In this document: positions 29,122-39,150 of the stretch, in pieces
How positions within the stretch are numbered: the stretch's first letter is position 1
How the letters are laid out: every line of letters starts with the position of its first letter
DNA from: Candidatus Bathyarchaeum tardum
Lineage (GTDB): Archaea; Thermoproteota; Bathyarchaeia; Bathyarchaeales; Bathyarchaeaceae
Assembly (NCBI GenBank): GCA_024650005.2
Contig: CP122380.1
Location: 2,048,001-2,112,000 of the forward strand
Direction: 5' to 3'
Length of the DNA: 64,000 nucleotides
The notes under the pieces: model-generated
Databases searched by the model: none
Seen by the model: only the letters and a program-made list of their open reading frames with translations
What the model was told of the DNA's origin: nothing
Program-made: the position numbers and the translations under genes

Positions 29122-32100
29122 TTACGCAGGTATTGCCATCCAATCAAAGTCTACTTCTAAACTTTCAGCGGACAGGTCAGCAGCTTCAGTGTATAGTTGT
29201 TTAAGCGTGTCAGATACGGTGGTCATTGTTCCTCCAGCTTCTACCACACTACCGTTTATGTCTCTGAGTTGTATGCTTCGGGCATAAGGTGCTTTGTTTA
29301 AAAGGTCATGCCCATGGGCAGCATCCTCTTTGGTGTAGCCTCCAACATATGCAAAGGTTTCTCCGATGTTAATTCCGGTGAATGCAGTGTTTCCTCCAAC
29401 AGTTGACAAACTTTGACCTAAAGAAACAGCAGTATACGCCGTGTTGCCCCCAACGGTTGCGAGGCTTTGACCCAACGAAATTGTTGAGAATGCAGTGTTT
29501 CCTCCAACGTAAGATATTGTAGACCCTAACGAGACACCTGTGCTTCCTGTTGTTCCGCTTGCTGAACATGTATGGCTGTGGCTTCCTGCAGATGCATGAG
29601 AATGTGACCCACCCGCGCTTGTTGTCCATCCGCTGACGACGTAGTAAAGGTGTGAATGCCCTGATGTGATTCCAGTTTGGACTCCGGTTCCAGTCATTCC
29701 ATGACTATGGCTGCCCGCACTAGCGTGAGCATGGCTACCATTTGAAGTTGTTCCGCCTGAACCAGAAAAGCCATGGCTATGGCTTCCGTGGCTATGGGTT
29801 AAGTCTACTGCTGCTGCTTGGTTTCCTGCTCCAAACCCGTGTTGATGGTTTCCATGACTGTGAGCAAGATCTACTGCAGCTTGTTCTGCTCCAGATCCAA
29901 AGCCGTGCTGGTGAGTACCATGGTTATGCGCCAAGTCCACTGCTGCTTGTTCTGCCCCTGATCCGAATCCGTGTTGATGGTTTCCATGATTATGAGCCAA
30001 GTCTACTGCTGCTCCGCCGTCGAATCCGTGTTTGTGTTCTCCTGTAGAGTTGTCGATTCCCATAGTCCAATCTACAGTTGCCAAGGCTTGGCCGATTTTG
30101 TGTTTATGGTTTACAGGCAACACTGTTGCTTTTACCGTGAAGCTTGAAGTAGATTTAGAAGTAACATCAAACCTTACTCCCCGACCAGTAGAGTCCCGAG
30201 ACTGAACAAACACCAAAGGCGCAGAATCAAAAGATTCAGCAAAATTTACTGTTCGTTCACCATTCGAATCAGTCGTATTGCTACCCTTTAGGGTACCACT
30301 TGACAAATCCCCGTTTACTTGCAAGTCTCCATCGATGACCACTTTTCGTCCAGTATTAGGAGTAATGGTCAAATCTTCATCTGCACTTAACCCATTAATG
30401 TTGTCAGCAAAAACGTTAGTAGCATCAACCCACTTGAACGGAACATTAGCAGTACCCAAACCCAAACCAGTGTCATTACTAGGATTCTGAGGAACAAGAT
30501 ACACATCAGTATCTGGACCATTATCAAGCGCAATAACAGAAAACACATCATGCTGAGCAGGCATGTCAAGTCGAGCGGCACTCATGGTACCCGCAACATT
30601 CACATCACCAGTAGCAATCAAGTTACCTAAACTCATATGGGCAGGAGTTGTTGTTTTAAAGCTGTCACCTTCTATCTCAAGTTTTCTTAAGTGTAAAGTG
30701 GTATATTCAGGGTCATAACCAAAATTGGACGAATGGGTAAGAATGATTTTTGGAGGATCAAGAGCATCTGCTCTCCCATGACCTAACCATAGTTCACCTT
30801 GATTTGAACCTACAAATCCACCTGCTGAAATGTCTTTTTTGACAACCATTCCTTCGTCAAGGACAAATAATGGATCGTTCGCACTTGCATCACCAGTTAC
30901 AGTCACCAAAAATATGTTGTAATAATGACCAGTGTCGTTATCTTTGAATCTTAAGTGATTTTTGGGGTTGTCAAAGCTTCCAATGTTCCATCGTTTCCTT
31001 CCATCTACATGAGCACCTTGTGAAACTAGATAAGTGCTTGAAAGATCGTAATCCATAGTTAAATTATTGTTAACGGCATCAACAATTGCAATTTTGTTTG
31101 TCTCAGAGGCAGCACTATCTTTTATTGTTACAATATCTCCCACTTCATAGTGACCTGCTTCAACAGATTCAACACTGACTACTTTATGGTCTACACCACC
31201 TTGTGCATCTGCATCTAATTTACTGAAAAGTCTCTTGCCAGGTTTCCAGATGTAAACTCTAGCATTTCTGTCTTCACGATATATGTACCCAATGGTTTCA
31301 GTCATTGTTAGCGTGTTAGCTTGTACATTAATTTCCTGAATTTCCTTTTGCGCAGATTCATCATCATCTTCGATTGTTACAATGTCTCCTACTTCAAAAC
31401 CTGTGACTGAGTTAACATTAATTGTTTGACTAGCAGGTACAGCATTATGTGGCAGATAGGTGATAACCCATCCATAAATGCCTTCAACGATTTCCCAATT
31501 AGTTAAATGTGGAGCACTACTAACAAGCACTGCTTCATTGGTTATGGATGTGTTAATGTATTCTGGTTCTGGACCGATATAATTGTCAGAAATCACAGAA
31601 CAATCGTAGTATGCAGTTACATCTGTAGATTCAGGTAACAGATTTAAAGTGTCAGCAGGGGTGTTAGAAGTTGTAACTGATGGAGTTCCAACTAAAATCC
31701 CATCAACAAAAATTTTTGCGCCATTAGCTGTGTTTTGTTGCCATTTTAGTTCTACACAATACCAAGTGTCAACTGTCGGTGTTGGACCGCCTGTAAACAA
31801 TTCTTCATCAAAATTTTCTGTGTTGTCTAATGTTCTTAATCCCCATTTCATTGTTCCCGAATCATTTGCAATTGTGGCACAAAGCAACGTTCCAGTACCG
31901 TCTGCTTTACCTATATTGAATAACCGAGCCTGATTGCCTCCTGATGGATTAGTTTCCCATCTGACATATACCCTTACCCACACAGTGTCGTTGTCGTCAA
32001 AAATTTTGTAAACTCTACTGTTCAAAGGTATACTTGCAGCGTATGAACCATGATGGACTGTTGTGTTTTGAGTTGTTGGAGACCCACTCGTATTATCCCA

Positions 32101-32151
32101 TTGTGAAAAATCTGCAGTTTCAAAACCGTCACAAAAAATATTATTCGCCAT
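29122..32151 (-). CDS. Tail-fibre/adhesin-like protein with N-terminal ConA/LamG-like domain and HxH-rich needle
   Basis: N-terminal 'DGFETADFSQW...WYCVEL...IFVDG', 'TVNFAESFDSAPLVFV' fibre module, many HxH motifs, GGAGGTGA RBS. Confidence 0.75.
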   Translation of the reverse strand: MANNIFCDGFETADFSQWDNTSGSPTTQNTTVHHGSYAASIPLNSRVYKIFDDNDTVWVRVYVRWETNPSGGNQARLFNIGKADGTGTLLCATIANDSGTMKWGLRTLDNTENFDEELFTGGPTPTVDTWYCVELKWQQNTANGAKIFVDGILVGTPSVTTSNTPADTLNLLPESTDVTAYYDCSVISDNYIGPEPEYINTSITNEAVLVSSAPHLTNWEIVEGIYGWVITYLPHNAVPASQTINVNSVTGFEVGDIVTIEDDDESAQKEIQEINVQANTLTMTETIGYIYREDRNARVYIWKPGKRLFSKLDADAQGGVDHKVVSVESVEAGHYEVGDIVTIKDSAASETNKIAIVDAVNNNLTMDYDLSSTYLVSQGAHVDGRKRWNIGSFDNPKNHLRFKDNDTGHYYNIFLVTVTGDASANDPLFVLDEGMVVKKDISAGGFVGSNQGELWLGHGRADALDPPKIILTHSSNFGYDPEYTTLHLRKLEIEGDSFKTTTPAHMSLGNLIATGDVNVAGTMSAARLDMPAQHDVFSVIALDNGPDTDVYLVPQNPSNDTGLGLGTANVPFKWVDATNVFADNINGLSADEDLTITPNTGRKVVIDGDLQVNGDLSSGTLKGSNTTDSNGERTVNFAESFDSAPLVFVQSRDSTGRGVRFDVTSKSTSSFTVKATVLPVNHKHKIGQALATVDWTMGIDNSTGEHKHGFDGGAAVDLAHNHGNHQHGFGSGAEQAAVDLAHNHGTHQHGFGSGAEQAAVDLAHSHGNHQHGFGAGNQAAAVDLTHSHGSHSHGFSGSGGTTSNGSHAHASAGSHSHGMTGTGVQTGITSGHSHLYYVVSGWTTSAGGSHSHASAGSHSHTCSASGTTGSTGVSLGSTISYVGGNTAFSTISLGQSLATVGGNTAYTAVSLGQSLSTVGGNTAFTGINIGETFAYVGGYTKEDAAHGHDLLNKAPYARSIQLRDINGSVVEAGGTMTTVSDTLKQLYTEAADLSAESLEVDFDWMAIPA

Positions 32152-32345
32152 TAATTTTCACCTCCAAAAATACGTAGACTTACATTTAGGGGTATTTCAG
32201 GCGTAGTTTTAACAAAAAAACTAAAAGAACTCATATCACTAGATAACAATCTCGTAACTCCAGCAAAATAGCTCATTCTCCACCTAAAATTGAGTGTTGG
32301 AGACAACACAGTTTCTTTTGTTGATTGCTTTTCTAACATTTTCAA
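32151..32345 (-). CDS. Possible small leader ORF coupled to the fibre gene
   Basis: TAATG stop/start overlap at 32151; starts just downstream of the conserved promoter element. Confidence 0.3.
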   Translation of the reverse strand: MKMLEKQSTKETVLSPTLNFRWRMSYFAGVTRLLSSDMSSFSFFVKTTPEIPLNVSLRIFGGEN

Positions 32346-32373
32346 TCAAAATTGTTTTATCATTCAAAATTAG

Positions 32374-32403
32374 TTTAAAGAAGACGAAAGCTTACAGAAA
32401 CAC
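32374..32403 (-). promoter_or_regulatory. Conserved promoter element, copy 1 (fibre operon)
   Basis: GTGTTTCTGTAAGCTTTCGTCTTCTTTAAA; 26/30 identical to the copy at 38480-38509. Confidence 0.65.
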
Positions 32404-32483
32404 CCAACTAACAAAAACAGTTCGAGCTAACAAATCCATAACAATCTAATAAAATGGTTTTACTGAAATTAGTCTCTCTTCTT

Positions 32484-32560
32484 GTCAATTTTTCTTGAGT
32501 TGATAGTAAACCAAATGATAAGTTTTTTGTCAATTATTCTTGAGAAAAACCCTTTTTTAT
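32484..32560 (+). promoter_or_regulatory. Paired TCAA-N6-TTGA operators plus BRE/TATA-like element
   Basis: Boxes at 32484-32499 and 32529-32544, followed by AAAAACCCTTTTTTAT. Confidence 0.65.
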
Positions 32561-32582
32561 CTCATTAAATAAATATTATGAT

Positions 32583-34124
32583 ATGACAGTTAAAGTCAAC
32601 AATATTTTAAATTCACTTCTTCATGCATTACTGATAACTACACTTGTTTGTTGCTTTACACAAACTACGTCCACGATAGTTTTCGCTCAGCCAGGTTTGG
32701 TTGTTGTAATTGATTCTGACACGACATGGACCAAAGCAGACAGCCCCCACGAACTTACTGGACCCTTGTTTGTAAGCCAAGGAGCAACCTTAACCATCGA
32801 AGCAGGAGCAACAGTGGACCTTAACGATTACAACGTTCTAGTGAATGGCACGTTACGGGCCATTGGAACAAGCAGTCAAAAAATACAACTAATTAGCACA
32901 GGAAAAGCAGGGAGTGAAACAATTGAGTTCACCCAACATAGTAACGGCTGGAACGAAGAAACGGGTTCAGGGTCCACACTAGAAAACGTAGTTACAAACC
33001 ATGTACACATAGACAGCAGCGCCCCCGTAAAGGTTTACAAAAGCGAAATCTATTCAATATATGTTAGCAGTTCGTCAATAATTACGGATAACACAATAAA
33101 GGTCCTCAAAGTTTCTGGTGGTTCGCCCATAATCCAAAACAATGACATTTATGTAATTGATATTGATTCAGGAACTCCAGAAATTTTAGACAACACAATT
33201 GAACGCATTGAGAACGGGGATCATTGCTCTAGCTCTCCTGTAATATCAGGAAACCTGATTACTTCAATAGGTCATTACGGTCCTAAAACAAATGGTGGAG
33301 TTTCATTTCGGGTTTTCCAAGCAAAGTCCATAACGATAACAAATAACACAATTAGACATGGTATCTTTGTTGTTGCAAATTCAGCAGTGATTGCCAACAA
33401 TACCGTAACAGGCTATACTTTTTCAGGATATGAATGGTTCATTGTTGAAGCCAGACCAATCAACATTACATCTCCTGGAATAATTCTTGAAGGCAAGGGC
33501 AATGTTTCAGGCAACATAGTCACAGGATGCAGTCTTGGAATAAAAGGCGGAACATTAATTGAAGGTAACTTGTTGACTAATAACACTGATGGAATAATTG
33601 TCACCCAAAACGATGCAATTGTGCGAAACAACAACATCCAAGCAAATTCAACAGGAATTGAAGCCTTAACTGGTGGAAAAGTAACAATTGAAAATAATCT
33701 GATCAAAGATTGCGACAAATATGGAGTTAACGTCATCACCTCGGAAGCAACAATTCTAAACAACACCATCACAAACGTTGATCAGGTAGCAATAAGGCTC
33801 CTTGAGTGTGGTTCAGCAAAAATCAACTACAACAATATCGAAAACTATGCACAATACAGCATCTACCTAGATGGAACATCAAGCACCATTGACGCCACCA
33901 ACAACTGGTGGGGCACCACAGACACCCAAGCAATCGACGCAACAATTTACGACTTCAAACACGACTTCTACCTAGGCAAAGTAAACATAGAACCAATATT
34001 GACAGAACCAAACCCCAACGCACAACCAAAATACATAATTCCAGAGTTTCCCACATGGACAATTTTGCCTCTGGCAGCAGTAATAATTCTGGTAGCCATA
34101 ATTTTTAAAAAAAAAATCCCGTGA
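32583..34124 (+). CDS. Secreted right-handed beta-helix protein with PEF-CTERM anchor (paralogue 1)
   Basis: Signal peptide, DTTWTKADSP, I.NN.I repeats, NNWWG, IPEF+TM+KKK. Confidence 0.88.
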   Translation: MTVKVNNILNSLLHALLITTLVCCFTQTTSTIVFAQPGLVVVIDSDTTWTKADSPHELTGPLFVSQGATLTIEAGATVDLNDYNVLVNGTLRAIGTSSQKIQLISTGKAGSETIEFTQHSNGWNEETGSGSTLENVVTNHVHIDSSAPVKVYKSEIYSIYVSSSSIITDNTIKVLKVSGGSPIIQNNDIYVIDIDSGTPEILDNTIERIENGDHCSSSPVISGNLITSIGHYGPKTNGGVSFRVFQAKSITITNNTIRHGIFVVANSAVIANNTVTGYTFSGYEWFIVEARPINITSPGIILEGKGNVSGNIVTGCSLGIKGGTLIEGNLLTNNTDGIIVTQNDAIVRNNNIQANSTGIEALTGGKVTIENNLIKDCDKYGVNVITSEATILNNTITNVDQVAIRLLECGSAKINYNNIENYAQYSIYLDGTSSTIDATNNWWGTTDTQAIDATIYDFKHDFYLGKVNIEPILTEPNPNAQPKYIIPEFPTWTILPLAAVIILVAIIFKKKIP

Positions 34125-34145
34125 GGAAAAAATAAATGAAACTGC
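34005..34145 (+). repeat. 141-bp perfect direct repeat, copy 1
   Basis: Identical by eye to 35846-35986. Confidence 0.9.
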
Positions 34146-34171
34146 AGCGGGGCACAGTTATTTTTTCTTTC

Positions 34172-34248
34172 GTCAAATTTTCTTGAGCAATAGATAAATC
34201 AAATGATAAGTATTTTGTCAATTTTTCTTGAGAAAAACCCTTTTTTAT
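34172..34248 (+). promoter_or_regulatory. Paired TCAA-N6-TTGA operators plus BRE/TATA-like element
   Basis: Boxes at 34172-34187 and 34217-34232, followed by AAAAACCCTTTTTTAT. Confidence 0.65.
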
Positions 34249-34270
34249 CTCATTAAGTAAATATTATGAT

Positions 34271-35965
34271 ATGACAGTTAAAGTCACCAAAGTTTTAACT
34301 TTAGTTTTTTACGTTTTAATAATAACAATACTTGTATTTGGATTACCTCAAAGGTTAAACTTGAGAGTTTTTGCCCAGCCAAGTTTAGTTGTAGTTATTG
34401 ATTCAGATACTACTTGGGATAAAGCGGATAGCCCTTACGAGCTTACTGGTCCAGTACGTGTAAACAATGGAGCGACGTTGACAATTGAAGCGGGAGTTAC
34501 GATAGATTTTAACAATTATGAAATGCGTGTGGAGGGCACTTTTGTTTGTGGTGGGGATTGGGACCAAGTTTACCTTAATAATGGATTAATTAACCTCACC
34601 ACAACAAGCAATGGCTGGAATCAACAAACAAAGTCGGGCCACATAATCCAAAACACAGTAATGGACAAAATGGATCTTTCCAGCAAAGCCCCAATAAAGA
34701 TAATCAATTGTAATTCTGAAAAATCTGAAATAACAGCAACAGGACCATCAGTGATTCAAGACAACACAATAGGCACCATTTCAATTCACGGGGACGGGGC
34801 ATTGATCCAAAACAACAAAATTGGAACACTAAATGTTCACGAGGGCAACGTGAAGATTTCACATCATATCATTTCATACATCAACTGTAAAGGGGGATCA
34901 CTTGAAATCTCAGACTGCACCATAAAGTCCCTTGATGGATATGGAAAAAATTTCCAAATTTCAAACAACCAAATTGGAAACATTGGTAATTTTTATCCCG
35001 GATCCGCTCAAGGTGCAGGAGTTAATTATTTTGATGTACAATCAGCAGAAATTACCAATAACGTAATCCAGCAAGGTGCCTATGTTTCTGCACACTCAGC
35101 AAAAATTTCAAACAACGTTTTCCAAGGTTACGTCCACGGCAAACAGTTGGTTGGCGGTCATTTTTCAGGTCATTTAGGGGATTGTCCAATTATTGCAGTT
35201 ATTGAAAAGGGCGGATTGTTTGAAGTTTCGTATAACACCCTCACAGGTCATACATACGAATACTCTTACGATACGTATTATATGTGGCGGACAACGGTCA
35301 ACAGAACAACCACAACTTCAGGCATTAATGTTTATGGGGGTTTTGTTACTGTTGCAAACAACACGATTACAGATTGTTCTAGGGGAATATTTGGGGGAAC
35401 CTTGATTGAAGGAAATAATCTGATTAACAATAGGTTTGGAATACAAGTAAATTTCATGGATTCTGAAATTCGAAGCAACACCATAACGAGTGGAGAAAAC
35501 GGAATCAGCGTGACCAATGAGGGGTTTTCGATTATTGAGAACAACGTTATAACTAAACAAACTAGGTCTGGAATCTACGTTCATAGTCATTCAATACAGT
35601 GTAACAATAACACAATAACTAGTTGCCCTGTAGCATTGGAATTAATCAAATGTGATTCTGCTACAATAAATTACAACAATATTGAAGATTACAATAACAG
35701 CATTTACTTAACAGACACGTACGGCACCATCGACGCCACCAACAACTGGTGGGGAACCACAGACACAGAAACAATTGGGTTATCAATACATGACTCCAAA
35801 TATTCCCTAGACTTAGGAACAGTAAACTTCACTCCATTCCTAACCGAACCAAACCCCAACGCACAACCAAAATACATAATTCCAGAGTTTCCCACATGGA
35901 CAATTTTGCCTCTGGCAGCAGTAATAATTCTGGTAGCCATAATTTTTAAAAAAAAAATCCCGTGA
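34271..35965 (+). CDS. Secreted beta-helix protein with PEF-CTERM anchor (paralogue 2)
   Basis: Same architecture as paralogue 1; identical C-terminus. Confidence 0.88.
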   Translation: MTVKVTKVLTLVFYVLIITILVFGLPQRLNLRVFAQPSLVVVIDSDTTWDKADSPYELTGPVRVNNGATLTIEAGVTIDFNNYEMRVEGTFVCGGDWDQVYLNNGLINLTTTSNGWNQQTKSGHIIQNTVMDKMDLSSKAPIKIINCNSEKSEITATGPSVIQDNTIGTISIHGDGALIQNNKIGTLNVHEGNVKISHHIISYINCKGGSLEISDCTIKSLDGYGKNFQISNNQIGNIGNFYPGSAQGAGVNYFDVQSAEITNNVIQQGAYVSAHSAKISNNVFQGYVHGKQLVGGHFSGHLGDCPIIAVIEKGGLFEVSYNTLTGHTYEYSYDTYYMWRTTVNRTTTTSGINVYGGFVTVANNTITDCSRGIFGGTLIEGNNLINNRFGIQVNFMDSEIRSNTITSGENGISVTNEGFSIIENNVITKQTRSGIYVHSHSIQCNNNTITSCPVALELIKCDSATINYNNIEDYNNSIYLTDTYGTIDATNNWWGTTDTETIGLSIHDSKYSLDLGTVNFTPFLTEPNPNAQPKYIIPEFPTWTILPLAAVIILVAIIFKKKIP

Positions 35966-35986
35966 GGAAAAAATAAATGAAACTGC
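35846..35986 (+). repeat. 141-bp perfect direct repeat, copy 2
   Basis: Identical by eye to 34005-34145; includes the start of paralogue 3. Confidence 0.9.
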
Positions 35987-37704
35987 TTTTGGGCACAATT
36001 TTAACGCTAATTATCCTCAGCGGATTAACCTTGTTTGATTCTTCGAAAGCTTTTGCCCAGTCAGGTTTAGTTGTGGTCATCGATTTTGACACTACTTGGA
36101 CAAAAGCAGATAGCCCCCACGAACTTAATGCACCCGTGCTCGTAAATGAAGGAATTATATTAACCATTGAAGCAGGAACAACCGTGAACCTTAATGGATA
36201 TTACATCATGGTGAACGGGACATTACGGTTGTTAGGAAACATCCAAGACAAAATTTTTGTTAACAATGGAAGGATCATATTTACACAATTCAGTAGCAAT
36301 TGGGATGAAAATACAGGTTCAGGAAGCATAATTGAGAATTCAAATCTCGAATCAATTTTTGTAGAAATTAGTTCTGTTTCCCCCAAAATTGTTGGAAATT
36401 CCATTTTGAACCTCACCGTTGGTGGCTCATCGATAGTTAGCAACAATTCGATATTTGGTCCAGTGTATGTTGAATTAAACGCTGAAAAACCAATTTTTTC
36501 CCACAACATAATCCTTGGAGACGTAAATTGTGCTTCAGACGGCTCAAGTGTATTCTCATTTAATACTATTTCAGGGAATCTTCATGTTGGTTTAGGTCCC
36601 CATATAGTTTTAAACAACACCATTTCAGGAGAAGTTTCCTTAAATGATTCTCCCATAATCGCTAATAATACCATTTCAGGTGGAATTAGTGTCAAGAGTG
36701 GCTCCCCAAAAATTGTGAAAAATTACATTTCAGAGGGCATCAACAAAGGTGAAACACTTATGTGGGGAGGAATAAGTTCAGCCCTAATTTCACAAAATTT
36801 TATTTTGGGAGAAGTAAACATTCGCGCGCGTGGGGAAACAACTACCATTTCAAATAATGAAATTTTGGGAAAAATCAGTGTTACTAATGGGAAAATAACA
36901 ATTTCAGGCAATTCAATTACTGGTCAACTTGATATGGTACCAAAAGGTAAAGATCCTGTAATTGAAGTGTCAATAGAAAATAACATGATTATTGGAGAAG
37001 AATATGGAATTTACATAGAACCTGCAGCAGGCTGGCCCCTCCATTTGCATTACACATCTGCCATTATTCAAGGCAACCTAATTAGCGGTTGTTCAAATGC
37101 AGCAATTACTGTTGGTGGGTCACAAATTTATGATGTAGATATAAAGGTTAGCAATGTTGTAAATATTGAAGGAAACATTATCATCAACAACAATATTGGC
37201 ATTACTGGAGAATTAAATGAACCCATAAAAAACAACATAATTGTCAATAACACATACGGGATTGTTGGTGGCTCACTGATTGAATTAAACACAATAGCAA
37301 ACAATACTTATGGAATCAGTGAAGCTAATGAAATTAGAAATAACACAATTATCAACAACTTCATCGGAGTTGAAGGGGACTTTACAACATTTCTTTACAA
37401 CAACATTTACAACAATTCTGAGTATAATTTCCGTTTCATATCATCCAACAATAGAAATGCCACAAACAACTGGTGGGGAACAACAGATACCAACGCAATA
37501 AACCAAACAATTTATGATTATAAATATGATTTCAAATTAGGAAAACTAAATTTCACACCATTTTTAACTGAAGAAAATCCCAACTCAGAACCAAAATACA
37601 CACCACAAATTCCAGAATTTGCCTCATGGACAGTTTTGCCTTTGTTTTTGGGTGTAGCCGTTGTAATTGCGGTATTTAGGGGAAAACTGCTGAAAAGCGA
37701 TTAG
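35977..37704 (+). CDS. Secreted beta-helix protein with PEF-CTERM anchor (paralogue 3)
   Basis: DTTWTKADSP, NNWWG, IPEF+TM. Confidence 0.88.
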   Translation: MKLLLGTILTLIILSGLTLFDSSKAFAQSGLVVVIDFDTTWTKADSPHELNAPVLVNEGIILTIEAGTTVNLNGYYIMVNGTLRLLGNIQDKIFVNNGRIIFTQFSSNWDENTGSGSIIENSNLESIFVEISSVSPKIVGNSILNLTVGGSSIVSNNSIFGPVYVELNAEKPIFSHNIILGDVNCASDGSSVFSFNTISGNLHVGLGPHIVLNNTISGEVSLNDSPIIANNTISGGISVKSGSPKIVKNYISEGINKGETLMWGGISSALISQNFILGEVNIRARGETTTISNNEILGKISVTNGKITISGNSITGQLDMVPKGKDPVIEVSIENNMIIGEEYGIYIEPAAGWPLHLHYTSAIIQGNLISGCSNAAITVGGSQIYDVDIKVSNVVNIEGNIIINNNIGITGELNEPIKNNIIVNNTYGIVGGSLIELNTIANNTYGISEANEIRNNTIINNFIGVEGDFTTFLYNNIYNNSEYNFRFISSNNRNATNNWWGTTDTNAINQTIYDYKYDFKLGKLNFTPFLTEENPNSEPKYTPQIPEFASWTVLPLFLGVAVVIAVFRGKLLKSD

Positions 37705-38444
37705 GCGCTGTTGTAATAGAAAGGTACATAACTGTTTTGTATGCTATCAAAGGTCCATGGTTTTTTTGGAATTTTTTTTCCAATTATATGTTCAAGATTG
37801 ATTGTACCATCAAGATAAGTCTTGTAGCCGTAGTAGCGAGCTTGCAGGCAATAGCCAAAATCTTCACTTGCGCCTTCAGGTCTTACAGGATAAAAATTAA
37901 CTCGTTTATCCTGAATTATTTTTCTGCTAAGACAAAGACAACCAGCGGAAGTCATCAAAGTTTCATCTAAAGCACAAGTTACCTTTTTATGAAGAGCATA
38001 ATGTTTTGGATCTCCGGGAACTTGCCATTTTGAAGCCAACCAAACCCCTTCAGGAAATGCCCGCAAGTAGGCTCCGCCAACTATGTCTTTGCCCCAAAAA
38101 GATAGACAATCAATCAATTCTTTGGTTTTAGGATAAACATCACTGTCCAAAAAAATTGCATAATCTGGATCAAAATTCCGTGCAAAAGTCAACAATGTTT
38201 GTCTTACTTGGGCTATGGTGTCATAAGGGCTTTCGCAGATTATTGAAGCGTCTTTTCGGAACCATAATCGGATTACTTCATGGGGGCGTTTAAATTTCCA
38301 AACACGATTTAGAGTGTCGTCATCACTGTTGTTTTCGGCAAAAACATACAAGTCCGGCTGAGGATCAAGTTTGTAAAGAAAACTAAAAAAGGAAGATAAT
38401 TTTTTGGCACAGTTATAAACTGGGATAAGGATCAAATTTTTCAT
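37701..38444 (-). CDS. Glycosyltransferase family 2 (GT-A)
   Basis: IPVYN, ENNSDDDT, FLDSD (DxD), SEDFGYC; start trimmed to ATG at 38444. Confidence 0.85.
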   Translation of the reverse strand: MKNLILIPVYNCAKKLSSFFSFLYKLDPQPDLYVFAENNSDDDTLNRVWKFKRPHEVIRLWFRKDASIICESPYDTIAQVRQTLLTFARNFDPDYAIFLDSDVYPKTKELIDCLSFWGKDIVGGAYLRAFPEGVWLASKWQVPGDPKHYALHKKVTCALDETLMTSAGCLCLSRKIIQDKRVNFYPVRPEGASEDFGYCLQARYYGYKTYLDGTINLEHIIGKKIPKKPWTFDSIQNSYVPFYYNSA

Positions 38445-38479
38445 CAAACCGACCTGTAACCCATTTTTCAAAATCTTGC

Positions 38480-38509
38480 TTTAAGATAGACGAAAACTTA
38501 CAGAAACAC
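38480..38509 (-). promoter_or_regulatory. Conserved promoter element, copy 2 (GT2 gene)
   Basis: GTGTTTCTGTAAGTTTTCGTCTATCTTAAA, 35 bp before the ATG. Confidence 0.65.
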
Positions 38510-38841
38510 AGAATAGCCAACATATTCAAAGGGACAGATTCAGGATTTTGATATGGCTACCTTGATTTTGTATACTTGCAAACTACTTGTGTTTTACAAT
38601 TATTGTCGTTTTGTTCTACAATTGAATGGAATGATTTATATTATGGAATAAATATTATAATTTAGACTACTTGTGTAAATTATGTATATATTGATTTAAA
38701 ATAACAAATTTACAGGTTTAGCACAAACATGACACCCCTTAAGAAAAAAGACAAAAATTGTTCTTTCATCTTCATTTTCCCAGTTTTCAATAATAAACCA
38801 AATCAAGCAAATAGACATGACCTGAAAGGAACTAAAACATT

Positions 38842-39150
38842 ATGAACCTCAAAAAATTGCTAGCTTCTTCTTGCCGACAAAAAATTATAATGTACCTATC
38901 ACATGTTGGAAAAACTAACATAATGAAACTCGTTCGAGAGACCGGTAGTACATACAATGAAGTTAACCGTAATATACAGCTTCTAGAAAATGAAGGAATA
39001 GCCAAATCCTACCGCATCGGACATCAGCGGATTATTGCTTTGATTTTCACCAACAAAAAAACAGTGATACTACTAGAAGCATTAACAATACTCAACAAAC
39101 TCACTATATGTAATCAATCTAATTGCAAGAACCCAAAAATTGAAACCTAG
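38842..39150 (+). CDS. wHTH transcriptional regulator (ArsR-like), paralogue A
   Basis: LLASSCRQKII...NIMKLVRETGSTYNEVNRNIQLLE.EGI. Confidence 0.85.
   Translation: MNLKKLLASSCRQKIIMYLSHVGKTNIMKLVRETGSTYNEVNRNIQLLENEGIAKSYRIGHQRIIALIFTNKKTVILLEALTILNKLTICNQSNCKNPKIET

Noticed and set aside
29780-30020. 66-bp tandem repeats resembling a CRISPR array
   Set aside because: They are in-frame coding repeats with synonymous variation, have no unique spacers, and no cas genes are nearby
32583-37704. Diversity-generating retroelement or integron behind the variable array
   Set aside because: No reverse transcriptase or integrase in the window; the 141-bp repeats are identical, with no adenine-specific differences
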